From positions 32,001 through 96,000 of the forward strand of contig CBDCWP010000040.1 of the NCBI GenBank assembly GCA_965223505.1: a DNA stretch of 64,000 bases, read 5' to 3'. Below are positions 1 to 10,288 of the stretch, in pieces. The notes beneath the pieces were generated by a model. That model did not search any database, was not told the DNA's origin, and worked only from the letters and a program-made list of their open reading frames with translations. The translations under genes and the position numbers were made by a program. The first letter of the stretch is position 1; each line of letters starts with the position of its first letter. The stretch is from Planctomycetota bacterium. Its GTDB lineage: Bacteria; Planctomycetota; PLA2; JAEUHO01.

Positions 1-12
1 ACCGAGGAACCC

Positions 13-2925
13 ATGGCGGGCGTCTTCGTGGAGGCGCTGAGGGGTCCGCCGTTCCGATCGATCGCAGTCGTGACCGACGCCGAGGGCGGGTTTCGCATCG
101 CGATGCCCACGAAGGTCAGCTCCGTCTACGCCAGAAAACACGGATTCGCGACCGCTGTCTACGGCGCGCTCCGCAAGCGCTACCCGCTGGTGCTGCGCAT
201 GCGGCCCGCCGGAACCGTTCGCGGACGGATCTTCGACGTCGCGACGGGCGACGGCGTGGCGGGCGTGCCGATCCGGGGGTTGGTATGGACCGGATATCCG
301 CTGCGCGGCAATCCCTGGACGGTCTCGAGCGAGAATGGCGACTACGAGCTCACGGGTCTACATGGCGGCGACGTGCAGGTGGTCGCGTGGGGCAACGGCT
401 GGGCGCCCGCGAAATTCGAGAAGGGCGAGGGGCCGGGCGTCTACGTCACGTGCGTGCCGGGAGAGAGCGTCAGGGTCGACATCGCCGTGCAGCGCGGCGG
501 CGTGCTCGCGGGCCGCGTGGTCGACGAGAGCGGCGCCGGCGTCCCGGGCACCGAGGTTCGCATTGCCGACGAAGACACCGTCAACCAGTACGGCAACTAC
601 GTCGGCGACGCCGTGACTGATGCGACGGGCTACTTCGAGCTCGACGGCATCGCGCCCTCCGACGGGGTGCACGCGAACACCAAGTCCCCGAACCATCCGT
701 CGACCACCACCGGCCCCTACACGATCCGCTCCGGCGAGAGGACCGAGATCGAGATCGAGCTCGGCCCCCCGCGCTGGTGCACGGTCACGCTTCTCGACGC
801 AGCAACCGGGTCGCCGATCGAGGGCGGTCACGTTCGCGCTCGGACGAAGCGAAGCGACGGCGAGTACCAGTCGCATGGAACGTGGCGGCAGACCGACGCG
901 CGCGGCGAAGCCCGGCTCGGACCGCTCGACGCCGGCACGCCGGCCGTGACCTACTACGCGGCGGGATACCTGACGAAGCGGAGTGAGCTCGGCTGGGGAT
1001 GGATCGCGGTCGAGAACGCACCGGAGAAAGGCGAGTTCGCGACGACGATCCGTCTCGACCGCGGCACCCCCATCACCGGGCGCATCGTCGCCGGAGCCGC
1101 AAAGGACGTGACGAAGACGACGCTTTGGATCCGCCCGTCCGAGGCGCCGGGGTACGAGACATGGACGGGCCATGGACGGCCGGAGAGCGACGGAGCGTTC
1201 GAGCTGACCGCACCGCCGACCGGTCGGTACACGATCACGGCCATGCTGCACGATCGCGGCAACAGCTACTCCGCCGCGGAGGACGTCGAGGCAGGGGCGA
1301 CCGACGTGATGCTCGATCTGAAGATCCAGGCTTCGAACTTCGGGCAGGACCCCAACCAGCAGGAGAACGTCTGGCGCATTCGGGTTCTCGGACCGGACGG
1401 CAAGCCGGTCCGCGACGCCCGTGGGGTCACCGTGCACGAGTATGCCGGCGGGATGTCGTCGAGCAACATCGACACAGCCGGCGGGGAGTTCGAGTTTACG
1501 GTCTACGAACGCGCCGAACGCGTGAGGCTCCTCGTAACCGGCGCGCGCACGAGCACGGGCGAGCCCGCTGCCAGTGGGTACTTCGGCCCTTGGGATCCCG
1601 AAGGCGGCGAAGACACGGTCACGCTGTCGGCGGCCGAGTCGATCGAGGGCCGTGTCGTCGATCAGAACGGCAAGGGGATCCAAGGCGTGTCCGTAACGGC
1701 GTACGGCATCGCGCCGGACGAGTGGACGAAGAGCCTCGGATCCGCGGCGCACGGCTCGATGCGGACGCGCCCGGACGGGTCGTTCCGCATCGACGGGCTG
1801 GGCACCGGCACCTACCGGATCCAGGCCGAACCGCCCGCCGGTCATCTCGGTGTCGAGGCGATCGAAACGAAGTCCGGGCGACGCGACATACGGATTGAGC
1901 TTCGACGCGGCATCGACGTCGTCGTGACGGTTCTCGATCCCGACGGCAGACCGGCCGTCGGTGCCAACGTGCACGTCAGATCCAACGACGAGGCGACATC
2001 TCCCTCGTCGGACGCCACGGCGGATGCGCGCGGCGAAGCGCTGCTACGGAACCTGCGCAAGGACGGTGTCTACAAGCTCTACGTCGAGTTCGAAGAGAGT
2101 GACGAGGTCCAGTACTCGCACGAGACCGAAACCTGGTCGCCACAGGCCGAGACGGTGCGGTTCGTGCGCACATACCGGATCGATGGCGTCGTCGAGGACG
2201 CGACGGGCCGGTCCATCCCCGGCATCTCCGTGGCGGCCCTGGACGATGCCGGGAATTGGCGGTGGGCACGAACGACGAACGCCGGCCGCTTCGTTGTCGA
2301 CGAGCTGGCAAAGGGCCCGGTGCGGATGTGGACGCTGCGCCGTTACATCGACGAAGAGCGGGTACTCGAGCGGACCGCGAAGGTCATGCAGGCCGGCGCC
2401 AAGGACGTCGTCCTGGCGTTCGATGCGGGCTGGGTCATCGAGGTGGTCGTCGCGAACGCCACGCCCAACTCGATGCTGCGCATCGCGCTGACGGACCCGG
2501 AGGGAACGCGGCCGAAGGGCGACGATCCCAGCCAGATCTGGAACGGCCGGCAGACGTTCATCGAGGTGAAGCGCGACAAGCGGTACCAGATCTACGTCGG
2601 CCCGACGCCCGACGGCCGCTACGCCTACCACGACGGTCCGATTCCTGACTCGGGCCGGCTCGAGCTGAAGCTGGAAAAGGGCGCGACGATCGAGGGTAAG
2701 GTCACGAACGCCGCAGGACGCCCGGCCGCACGGAACGTCGTGCGACTCGCGGACCGCGGCGTGTATGTGCAGTCCCCGATCGCACCCGACGGCACGTACC
2801 GGCTGCCGGGCGTTCCACCCGGGACGTGGAGCGTGAGCTGCGCGCTGGTCGTCAATCGCACCGTCGTGAAGAAGGAGGCGGAGGTCGTTGCCGGCGGCAC
2901 CGCAAACTTCGACTTCCGTCGCTAG
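13..2925 (+). CDS. Carboxypeptidase-regulatory-like (transthyretin-like beta-sandwich) repeat protein, probably 5'-truncated by the window edge
   Basis: Repeated 'GRVVD..G.G(V/I).G..V ... TD..G.F...G(L/I)..G.Y' modules across 970 aa; the frame is open back to base 1. Confidence 0.75.
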   Translation: MAGVFVEALRGPPFRSIAVVTDAEGGFRIAMPTKVSSVYARKHGFATAVYGALRKRYPLVLRMRPAGTVRGRIFDVATGDGVAGVPIRGLVWTGYPLRGNPWTVSSENGDYELTGLHGGDVQVVAWGNGWAPAKFEKGEGPGVYVTCVPGESVRVDIAVQRGGVLAGRVVDESGAGVPGTEVRIADEDTVNQYGNYVGDAVTDATGYFELDGIAPSDGVHANTKSPNHPSTTTGPYTIRSGERTEIEIELGPPRWCTVTLLDAATGSPIEGGHVRARTKRSDGEYQSHGTWRQTDARGEARLGPLDAGTPAVTYYAAGYLTKRSELGWGWIAVENAPEKGEFATTIRLDRGTPITGRIVAGAAKDVTKTTLWIRPSEAPGYETWTGHGRPESDGAFELTAPPTGRYTITAMLHDRGNSYSAAEDVEAGATDVMLDLKIQASNFGQDPNQQENVWRIRVLGPDGKPVRDARGVTVHEYAGGMSSSNIDTAGGEFEFTVYERAERVRLLVTGARTSTGEPAASGYFGPWDPEGGEDTVTLSAAESIEGRVVDQNGKGIQGVSVTAYGIAPDEWTKSLGSAAHGSMRTRPDGSFRIDGLGTGTYRIQAEPPAGHLGVEAIETKSGRRDIRIELRRGIDVVVTVLDPDGRPAVGANVHVRSNDEATSPSSDATADARGEALLRNLRKDGVYKLYVEFEESDEVQYSHETETWSPQAETVRFVRTYRIDGVVEDATGRSIPGISVAALDDAGNWRWARTTNAGRFVVDELAKGPVRMWTLRRYIDEERVLERTAKVMQAGAKDVVLAFDAGWVIEVVVANATPNSMLRIALTDPEGTRPKGDDPSQIWNGRQTFIEVKRDKRYQIYVGPTPDGRYAYHDGPIPDSGRLELKLEKGATIEGKVTNAAGRPAARNVVRLADRGVYVQSPIAPDGTYRLPGVPPGTWSVSCALVVNRTVVKKEAEVVAGGTANFDFRR

Positions 2926-3650
2926 ATCCAGGGCGTGAGCAGCAAGCGGATTGCGAGCAACGTCAGCACGACCTTGTACATCCAGAAGAACGCGCGTTCG
3001 CTGACTCTGTGCAGAAGCGCGCGCCCCGTGACGGTTCCGAACACCACGGCGACCGCCATCGGAATGACGACGTCGAGGTGATCGATCACCGAGAAGCCGA
3101 CGGTCGAGAACCAGACGATCTTGAGCGTGTGCATGTAGGCCTGGCACACGGCCTTCGTCGCGACGACCTGCTCCTTCTTGAATCCGCCCCGCAGGAAGAA
3201 CGGCGCGATCAGCGGGCCCGTCGCGCCGACCACGACGCCCAGTAGCCCGGCGATGACGCCCGAGATCCCGAACGCCGCATTCTCGGGCAGGTGCTGGATC
3301 CCCCACTTCGGCGTCCACGTCGCGTACAGCACCGCCGCGCCGAACATCACCTTCAACGTCACCGGATCGAGCGCATCGACGATCATGAGGCCGAAGTACG
3401 GCAGCGGCAGCGCGGGCACGGCGTGCCAGAGGAACGGCCGCCAACGAACGTACTTGAAGAGCAGCACGAGCCGCGTCGAGTTCGACATCAGCTGCACGAA
3501 CGCGTGCAGCGGAATCGCCAGCGCCGGCTCCAAGCCGGCCATGTACATCGCCGCGAGCAGCATGATGCCGCCGCCCATGCCCAGGAGGCCGGAGATCGTC
3601 GACGTCACGTACGAGACGGCAACGAGGACGATCATGGTCACGGTGGGCAT
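2922..3650 (-). CDS. Sulfite exporter TauE/SafE family membrane protein
   Basis: 'ISGLLGMGGGIM' and 'GLLGVVVGATGP' duplicated motifs, about 8 hydrophobic segments; start moved to MPTVTM. Confidence 0.85.
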   Translation of the reverse strand: MPTVTMIVLVAVSYVTSTISGLLGMGGGIMLLAAMYMAGLEPALAIPLHAFVQLMSNSTRLVLLFKYVRWRPFLWHAVPALPLPYFGLMIVDALDPVTLKVMFGAAVLYATWTPKWGIQHLPENAAFGISGVIAGLLGVVVGATGPLIAPFFLRGGFKKEQVVATKAVCQAYMHTLKIVWFSTVGFSVIDHLDVVIPMAVAVVFGTVTGRALLHRVSERAFFWMYKVVLTLLAIRLLLTPWI

Positions 3651-3695
3651 GGCGCCGCCGATCCTCAGCGGCGAAACCGCGCTTCCCAAGCGAAT

Positions 3696-4541
3696 CTACG
3701 CCGAGGAGGGACCGAGCGCCTCGATGACGTAGCCCGTCGGGTAGCTTCGGTGCGTCATGCCGTCGGTGCGCAGGCGCGGCCGTCGACGAGGCGGCAGGCC
3801 GCGCACGACGAGCGCTCGAGCCCGAAGCAGCGTGGGGACGGCCCGCCGCATGAACGGCGACGGCTTGGGGAATCCGAACGCGTCGACGACGCGATCGTCG
3901 AGCAGTGCGTAGATCCCCGCACGCACGATCGGCTTGAGCACGTTCGGGAACCAGCTCACGAAGAGCGCGACGGTCGCGGCGCCGACGCGCGCATTCGTTG
4001 CGTGAGGCCGAAAGTGGTCGCGCTCGTACTCGCGATTGAAGCGCTCGAACGTCGCGTAGTCGTCCGGGATGTCGTCGATCTTCATGCGACGCCCGACCGC
4101 GCGCCAGAAGTGAAACTGCGCCAGCCGCTCCTGCATGCACATCGGCCGCCAGCCGAAGCGGGCATTCCAGCGAATCGGTTCGAAGACGAAGGTCGAGAGC
4201 ACGTAGAGAAAGTCGTCGTTTCGGATCTCGTGGCGGCCGTGCAACCGGTTCATGCGCCGAAGCGCGCGCCGACCGCGGTCGCTGTCGTAGCCCCACTCCA
4301 TCAGCTCGCTGACGATGATGTCGGTGTCGTCGTAGCGGCGCTGGGGACGTTCGCGGAACTCACCGGTTCGGTCGAGCAGCGTCGAGATGCTCGGAACGCA
4401 GTACGAACGGAAGAGCGCGAATTCGAGCGAGCGCGTGGTGTCGAACGGGAAGTCGTAGCACGTCGAGAGGTGGACGATGCGTTGGTGATCCCGCACCGGA
4501 TCGAGCGTACGTATCTCGTCGCGAACGGCGAACTTCGCCAC
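3696..4541 (-). CDS. Oxygenase MpaB/DUF2236 (Lcp-like) family protein
   Basis: 'FALFRSYCVPSISTLL..TGEF...RRYDDT', 'RMNRLHGRH.I.NDDFLYVLSTF'; GTG start with GGAGG upstream. Confidence 0.85.
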   Translation of the reverse strand: MAKFAVRDEIRTLDPVRDHQRIVHLSTCYDFPFDTTRSLEFALFRSYCVPSISTLLDRTGEFRERPQRRYDDTDIIVSELMEWGYDSDRGRRALRRMNRLHGRHEIRNDDFLYVLSTFVFEPIRWNARFGWRPMCMQERLAQFHFWRAVGRRMKIDDIPDDYATFERFNREYERDHFRPHATNARVGAATVALFVSWFPNVLKPIVRAGIYALLDDRVVDAFGFPKPSPFMRRAVPTLLRARALVVRGLPPRRRPRLRTDGMTHRSYPTGYVIEALGPSSA

Positions 4542-4743
4542 GTGTGCCTCCGCGCCGAATCATACGTGCGCGCCGGCCTACGCATTCGCGTCCTGCGTCC
4601 TCTAATTAGGCTGCTCGGACACTCCACGCATACCTACGCGGCGGCGCGCCGGATGGGACGCGGAAGGTCGATGAGGACGACGTGGCGTGGTCGACCCACG
4701 CGAGGAGGACGAAGGGGCCTTCGGCGCCCAGTCCGGCGCGCCG

Positions 4744-5631
4744 CTAGCGCCAGGTTTGCACCTCGAGCTCGAGCTCGACGCCGAACTTGTCGAGCACGGT
4801 GCGGCGGATCAGGCGGATGAGGTCCTGCACGTCGTCGGCCGTCGCGCCGTCCACGTTCTCGATGAAGTTGGCGTGGATCGGCGACACGCGCGCACCGCCG
4901 ATCGCGCGGCCCTTGAGACCGGCGTGCTCGATCAAGTACCCCGCCGATCGCTTCTCGTCGTCTTGCGGGTTCTTGAAGATGCAGCCGGCGCTCTTCGCCG
5001 ACAAGGGTTGGGTGTCCCGCTTCCAGCGCATCGCCGTGTCGAACAGCGTGCGTTGCGAGCGCTCCGTCAGTGAGGGGTCGCGGCGGAACGCGGCACCCGT
5101 TACGAGGCACCCCTCGAACGGACTACTGCGGTAGCCGAAGTCACACCGGCGCGGCTGCATCCGTCGGACCTCGCCGGCCGGATCCAAGTACGTCACCTCG
5201 ACCAGCGCGTCCGACACGGCCCCGAAGCGCCCCCCCGCGTTCATGAACACGACGCCGCCGACGCTTCCCGGTATCCCGGGACAGCCCGGCAGCGCGGGGA
5301 TGCCGAGCGTGATCGCCTGGCGAACGAGCGAAGGGAAGCTGTTGCCCGCGCCGACCTCGACGCGGTCCTCGTGAACGCGAAAGTGGCAGAGCCGACGCGT
5401 CGCCAGGACGGCGCCCTGAATGCGCCCTTCGCCGATCAGCAGGTTGTAGCCGCCGCCCAGGTAGCGCAGCGGCACGCCGTGCTCGCGGCACACGCGCACG
5501 ATCCGCACCGCCTCGTCCTCGGTCTGCGGCTCGAACAGGAAGTCCGGCTTGCCGCCGACCGCCAGCGACGTGCGCGACGCCAGGCGCTCGACCCGGCGTC
5601 TGGCCTCACTGAAGTCGCGCGGCAAGACCAT
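4744..5631 (-). CDS. murB: UDP-N-acetylmuramate dehydrogenase
   Basis: 'LGGGYNLL', 'GIPGSVGG...MNAG', 'FGYRSS', 'TQPL...SAGCIFKNP', 'HANFIEN', 'LELEV'. Confidence 0.96.
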   Translation of the reverse strand: MVLPRDFSEARRRVERLASRTSLAVGGKPDFLFEPQTEDEAVRIVRVCREHGVPLRYLGGGYNLLIGEGRIQGAVLATRRLCHFRVHEDRVEVGAGNSFPSLVRQAITLGIPALPGCPGIPGSVGGVVFMNAGGRFGAVSDALVEVTYLDPAGEVRRMQPRRCDFGYRSSPFEGCLVTGAAFRRDPSLTERSQRTLFDTAMRWKRDTQPLSAKSAGCIFKNPQDDEKRSAGYLIEHAGLKGRAIGGARVSPIHANFIENVDGATADDVQDLIRLIRRTVLDKFGVELELEVQTWR

Positions 5632-7009
5632 GCGCCACCTCGTCCACGTTGCCCGCCCCCATCGTGACCACGACGTCGCCGGCGCGCAGGTTCGCCGCGC
5701 CGTGCTCGACGAGGTCGTCGAGCTGCTCGACCGTCAGCGCCTGCCCGCCTTCGTTGCGGATGTGCAGCGCGAGGTCTTCGGACGTGACCTTGCGCCGCTC
5801 CTCTTCGCTGTCGCGCGCGAAGTAGATCGGCGGCATCCAGACCTGATCCGCCTCGGCCAACGTCGCGGCGAACTCCTTCATCAGGCAGCGGGTTCGACTG
5901 GCCTGGTGCGGTTGGAAGATCACGACGAGGCGACGGTCGGCGTACCGGCGGCGCAGGGCACGCACGACGGCGCGGATCTCGGTCGGATGGTGACCGTAGT
6001 CGTCGTAGATGAGCACCTCCCCGCGCTCGGCGACACGCTCCAACCGGCGGCCCACGCCCTGGAAGGCGACGAGGCCCTCGCGGACGGCGTCGAACGACAG
6101 GCCGCTGTTGCAGAGCGCCGCGGCGGCGCCGGTCGCGTTGAGCACGTTGTGCCGGCCGAGCATCGGAATCTCGAGCTCGCCGAGCAGCGTTCCGGCGCGG
6201 CGAAGCTCGAAGCGCATGCCCGCGCCGTCGTCGAGCAGCGCCGGATCCGAGCAGTGCCAGCGCGCATCGTCGCCGAACCCGTAGGTCTCGATCGACGCCT
6301 TCAAGCGCGCGTCGCCTTCGAAGACCGGCGCATACGCGTCGTTGACGACGAGCGTTCCCTCCGCGGGCAAGCGCGCCGCGAACACGCGGAACGACTCCTG
6401 GATCTCCGCCAGGTCCCGGTAGTAGTCCAGGTGGTCTTCGTCGACATTGGTCACGACCGCGACGAACGGGTTGTGGGCGTGAAACGAGCGGTCGAACTCG
6501 CACGACTCCACGACGAAGTGACGCCCGGCGCCGACGCGCGCGCCCGATTCGAACTCCCGCAGCTCCCCCCCCACGACGAAGCTCGGATCCTCGCCCGCGT
6601 GCATCAGGCACGACGCCAGCATGGACGACGTGGTGGTCTTGCCGTGGCAGCCGGCGACGCAGATCGCGAGCGTCTCCGACATGAGCGCGCCGAGAAGCTC
6701 CGCGTACTTCCACGTCTGGACGCCGCGCGCCCGAGCGGCTTCGAGCTGCGGGTGGATCTCGGGCACCGCGGCCGAGAACACCAGCAGGTCGAGGTCGTCG
6801 GGCAGGGCCGACGCGTCCTCGCGGTCGTCGACGGCGATGCCCAGCGAGGCGAGCTGCGCGCAGCGCTCGCCCGGCGCGCGGTCGCTGCCCCGCACGTTCA
6901 GGCCGCGCGCCTTCAGCAGGCGCGCCGCGCCGCTCATGCCGACGCCCTCGGCGCCGATCAGGAACGCGGAGTGGTGTCCGTTCAGGGCTTGGGGGTTGGG
7001 CTGGATCAC
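5606..7009 (-). CDS. murC: UDP-N-acetylmuramate--L-alanine ligase
   Basis: 'GAEGVGMSGAA', 'GCHGKTTT', 'ESCEFDRSF', 'DHLDYY', 'DDYGHHPTEI', 'FQPHQASRT'; GTG start overlaps the murG stop. Confidence 0.95.
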   Translation of the reverse strand: MIQPNPQALNGHHSAFLIGAEGVGMSGAARLLKARGLNVRGSDRAPGERCAQLASLGIAVDDREDASALPDDLDLLVFSAAVPEIHPQLEAARARGVQTWKYAELLGALMSETLAICVAGCHGKTTTSSMLASCLMHAGEDPSFVVGGELREFESGARVGAGRHFVVESCEFDRSFHAHNPFVAVVTNVDEDHLDYYRDLAEIQESFRVFAARLPAEGTLVVNDAYAPVFEGDARLKASIETYGFGDDARWHCSDPALLDDGAGMRFELRRAGTLLGELEIPMLGRHNVLNATGAAAALCNSGLSFDAVREGLVAFQGVGRRLERVAERGEVLIYDDYGHHPTEIRAVVRALRRRYADRRLVVIFQPHQASRTRCLMKEFAATLAEADQVWMPPIYFARDSEEERRKVTSEDLALHIRNEGGQALTVEQLDDLVEHGAANLRAGDVVVTMGAGNVDEVAHGLAARLQ

Positions 7010-8148
7010 CGCGGTCGCACCGGCTCCTCTCGTTCCAACAATCGGATGAGATCGTCGGCGGTTTGACCCGCTGCGTCGGCTTCCAGGTTCTCGTAGCTTC
7101 GACGCATGTCGGCGAGCGCGGCGTCGTCTTCGAGCAAGGAGGTGACGTCCTTCACGATGCGCTCCGGCGAGAGGTCCTGCTCCTCGATCAGGTGCGCGCC
7201 GCCCGCCCGAACGAGCGCTTCGGCGTTGCGCCACTGCTGCCGGTCGGCGTGATGGGGATAGGGCACCAGCACCGCGGGCGTTCGCGTGGCGGCCAGCTCG
7301 GCGCAGGTGTTGGCACCGGCCCGCGCCAGCACCAGATCCGCGGTCTTGTACGCGCTGCCCATGTCCTGCACATAGGGCGTTACGTGGTGCACGAGCCGCA
7401 GGCGTTCGTACGTGGCGTCGATGTCGGCGCGTTGGCCGCCGACGGAGTGCAGGATCTGGATGCGCTCACGGATGCCGGGGTCGTCGACGAGCGCCGCGCG
7501 GATCCCGATGAGCCAGCGGTCGTACAAGCCCTGGGCGCCGAGGCTGCCGCCGAGGATGAGCAGCGTACGGCGGGACGGATCGAGGCCGAAGGCCGCAGGA
7601 TCGCGCCGGCCGCCGAGCACCTGGGTACGCAGCAGCGGGCCGGTCACCCGCACGCTCTCGCTGTGGAGGTGGCTGCGGGCTTCGTCGCAGGGCGCGTAGA
7701 TGCGGTCGGCCCAGCCTTGCATGTGGCGCACGACGACGCCGGGCACGGCGTCGGCGACGATGAACACGAGCGGCACCTTGGCGATGCGTGCGGCGACGGC
7801 CGCGGGCAGGCAGGGCCAGCCGCCGAGCGCGACCACCGCGCCGACGCGCTCGCGCCGGATCACTGCGAGCGCGCGCATTACGCCGCGGACGGTCAGCGGA
7901 CCGAACTCGAAGACGGCGCGCGGCGTCTTCGGCAGTCGGGAGGCGGGGACCTCCCGGGGCGCGTCGCGCTCCTTGAACCACTCCCGCTCTTTGGTCTCGC
8001 CGGGTGTGGCGAACACGGATTCAATGCCGCGGGCGCGCAGGGCCTCCGCGAGGGCGAATCCGGGCGCGAGGTGCCCGGCGGTGCCCCCGCCTGCGAACAA
8101 GACGCGGCTGCGAGCGGCGACGGCAGGGGTGTCGGGGGCGCGGACCAT
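7006..8148 (-). CDS. murG: Lipid II GlcNAc transferase
   Basis: 'GGGTAGHLAP', 'GGSLGA', 'ADLVLARAGANTCAEL', 'LVPYPH...QQWRNA'. Confidence 0.95.
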   Translation of the reverse strand: MVRAPDTPAVAARSRVLFAGGGTAGHLAPGFALAEALRARGIESVFATPGETKEREWFKERDAPREVPASRLPKTPRAVFEFGPLTVRGVMRALAVIRRERVGAVVALGGWPCLPAAVAARIAKVPLVFIVADAVPGVVVRHMQGWADRIYAPCDEARSHLHSESVRVTGPLLRTQVLGGRRDPAAFGLDPSRRTLLILGGSLGAQGLYDRWLIGIRAALVDDPGIRERIQILHSVGGQRADIDATYERLRLVHHVTPYVQDMGSAYKTADLVLARAGANTCAELAATRTPAVLVPYPHHADRQQWRNAEALVRAGGAHLIEEQDLSPERIVKDVTSLLEDDAALADMRRSYENLEADAAGQTADDLIRLLEREEPVRPR

Positions 8149-8158
8149 GAGGGCTTGC

Positions 8159-8164
8159 AGCGTA
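8159..8164 (-). promoter_or_regulatory. Putative -10 element (TACGCT) just upstream of murG
   Basis: TANNNT hexamer 10 nt before the murG ATG, which lacks an obvious Shine-Dalgarno sequence. Confidence 0.35.
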
Positions 8165-8208
8165 GCGGGGCGGGTGGACGGCGCCCGCCCCGCCGCTCGA
8201 GCCGGTGT

Positions 8209-9906
8209 CTACCGCCCGGGGAAGCGCGGGATCGGTCCGCGGCGCACCGGCCGCGGCGTCGGGTTGAGCGGCGCCTGGCGGACGCGGATGTTCGCCGTGA
8301 TGCCGAGATCATGCGCGCGCAGACTGCGGTCGGCGTAGGCCACCAACCGGTAGCGGCCGGCGGCGACCGAGCTCGGAATGCTCGTCATGATGCGCGTCGG
8401 CGTCCAGGTGTCGATCGGCAGCGGGATCTTGCGGCCGGCCGAGTCCAGGAGCTGGAACGACTGGTCCTGACGGATGCCGAATTTGCCGTCCAGATGGAAG
8501 CGCTGGCCGATCGACACGTCGATGCTGCGTGTCGTGAACTTCGGCCGCAGTGTGCGGCGGAAGCCCCAGTCGACGTAGGCGTGCGGCTGGCGTGCGTGAA
8601 TCGGTCCGACGCGGACGCGCATACCCGTATCGCTGCCGTCCCACCATCGCAACGTAATCACTCGGTCCTCGAAGAAGTAACCGCGGCCCGTTCCATAGGC
8701 CCACTTGTTGCGCCCATCCACACCGCGGTAGACGAGCGTCCGGTCTTCCTGGCCCGCGGGACGTCCGGGTGCAGGGATCTTCAAGAGGACGTGGTCGTCA
8801 TTCGTACGCACGTGCCAGATCAGCACGCCTCGGTCGCGGCCGCCGGCCCAGTTGATGCGATCCATGGCGCCGAGTGCCTTGGTGCGGTACTCGATGAGGA
8901 AGTACTCGTTCGGGCCCTTTGTGGGGCTGTGGAGCAGGATCGGCCGGGTGTCGCGACCGCCGAGCTGTGGTGCGACGAGCTTGGCCTGGCCCTCCTGGCG
9001 GAACGTGAACACGCGCGGCTCGATCCAGCCGAGGCGCATGCGGTGCCACGGATCCAGGTAGGTCGCAAACGGACTGTCCACCGCCCCCATGGTGCCGGAC
9101 ATCAGCGTCGCCCAGCCGTTCAGGCGAAAGCCCGCTCCGTAGACATCGATCGTTCCGAGCGTGTGCGCAAGCTCGTGCGCAAGCGTCGCGAAACCGACGC
9201 CTTCACCGGCGCTCATGATCTTGCCACCGTAGCGCAGGCGGGTGCCCGGCAGATCGAAGTTGCGATCACGCGCCGCGCCGCAGTTCTCACATGTGTATTG
9301 CAGACGCGGATTGGCCGGACGGCCACCGACCATTCGAGGTTCTGCGCCGATGTAGAGAATCGTCAGCTCGTCCGACGTGACGGTTCCGTCGCGGTTGCGG
9401 TCGTAAGGAGCGAAGTTGAAGAGCCGCCGGCGGGACACCTCTTGGATCATGCCGTCGAGGTGCATCTCCCACGTCCAGCTCGCGTCCTGCTGGGGACACA
9501 TCCGACGCCCATTCACCCTCGGGTTGATCGCGCAAAGGTGGAAACGTTCGTCTGCCGCGTTGCTGCCCATCGGAACGCTGCGGACGGGCCCGACGATGCC
9601 GGCCTTCACGAAGGTGAACTTGCCGCCGCTCGCGTTGGTGAAGTACGCGTTGAGACTCGGGTTGGACGACGATCGGCGATTGCCGAAGAGCAGCTGGTCG
9701 TAGTAGGCGGCGTTGTGTGGCGCGTGGAAGCGCACGTCCTGGAAGTCGCCGAGGACGACGAGCAAGGGCCGGCGGCCGACGGCGGCCTTGCCGTTCCACT
9801 TCATGGTGCCGTAGCCGAACTTGTCGGCCGGGGAGGCCGCGTCGCTCGGCCCGGCCTGGAACAGGAGGGCAAAGAGCACGACGGCGAGGAGTGCGAGGGG
9901 TTTCAT
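8209..9906 (-). CDS. Secreted M6 (immune inhibitor A)-like zinc metalloprotease with a C-terminal Ig/IPT-like region
   Basis: Signal peptide MKPLALLAVVLFALL; 'HELAHTLGTIDVY' (HExxHxxGxxDxY), 'LDPWHRMRLGWI', 'EYFLIEYR', 'GVLIWHV'; EF-hand-like 'DRNRDGTVTSDEL'. Confidence 0.8.
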   Translation of the reverse strand: MKPLALLAVVLFALLFQAGPSDAASPADKFGYGTMKWNGKAAVGRRPLLVVLGDFQDVRFHAPHNAAYYDQLLFGNRRSSSNPSLNAYFTNASGGKFTFVKAGIVGPVRSVPMGSNAADERFHLCAINPRVNGRRMCPQQDASWTWEMHLDGMIQEVSRRRLFNFAPYDRNRDGTVTSDELTILYIGAEPRMVGGRPANPRLQYTCENCGAARDRNFDLPGTRLRYGGKIMSAGEGVGFATLAHELAHTLGTIDVYGAGFRLNGWATLMSGTMGAVDSPFATYLDPWHRMRLGWIEPRVFTFRQEGQAKLVAPQLGGRDTRPILLHSPTKGPNEYFLIEYRTKALGAMDRINWAGGRDRGVLIWHVRTNDDHVLLKIPAPGRPAGQEDRTLVYRGVDGRNKWAYGTGRGYFFEDRVITLRWWDGSDTGMRVRVGPIHARQPHAYVDWGFRRTLRPKFTTRSIDVSIGQRFHLDGKFGIRQDQSFQLLDSAGRKIPLPIDTWTPTRIMTSIPSSVAAGRYRLVAYADRSLRAHDLGITANIRVRQAPLNPTPRPVRRGPIPRFPGR

Positions 9907-10119
9907 GGGGAGGTCTCCGGGTCGGGGGCCCGGCGCCCCTAGAGGATGGGGGCTCCCGAACGGGGGCGGCTGTAGACAGGGAGGCCTGGTTACTCGCCCA
10001 CGATGAGCTTCGCCGTCTCCCCTGCCCGCACCCCGTGGAGTACGTCGACCGTCGGCGAGGACGACTTCGAACTGGTACGTCCCCGGTGCAACGCCCCAGA
10101 CTCGGAACGTTTGGTCCGG

Positions 10120-10288
10120 GGCGCATTCACTCGGGCGCTTTGCAAGGCGATTCGAGAGTCGAACGGCAGGTTGACCTACACCGAAGCGATTCGGCGAGCG
10201 AGTCGAAGTCTGCGATCGTTCTCTCGGAGGCCCCAACTCGAGTGTCCGCCCGCATTGGAGTCTCAGCAGCTGTTCACGCCGCTGACCT
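10120..10288 (+). pseudogene. Remnant resembling the C-terminus of a caspase-family (peptidase C14/metacaspase) protein
   Basis: Translates as GAFTRALCKAIRESNGRLTYTEAIRRASRSLRSFSRRPQLECPPALESQQLFTPL, matching the GA(F/L)T..L......LTY..........Q.PQL pattern; no catalytic N-terminal part. Confidence 0.5.

Noticed and set aside
7063..9942. Long antisense or alternate-frame ORFs (also 13011-15566, 24666-27125, 52336-54903, 54549-57572 and others)
   Set aside because: Shadow ORFs of real genes in high-GC DNA; Arg/Ala-rich and motif-free.
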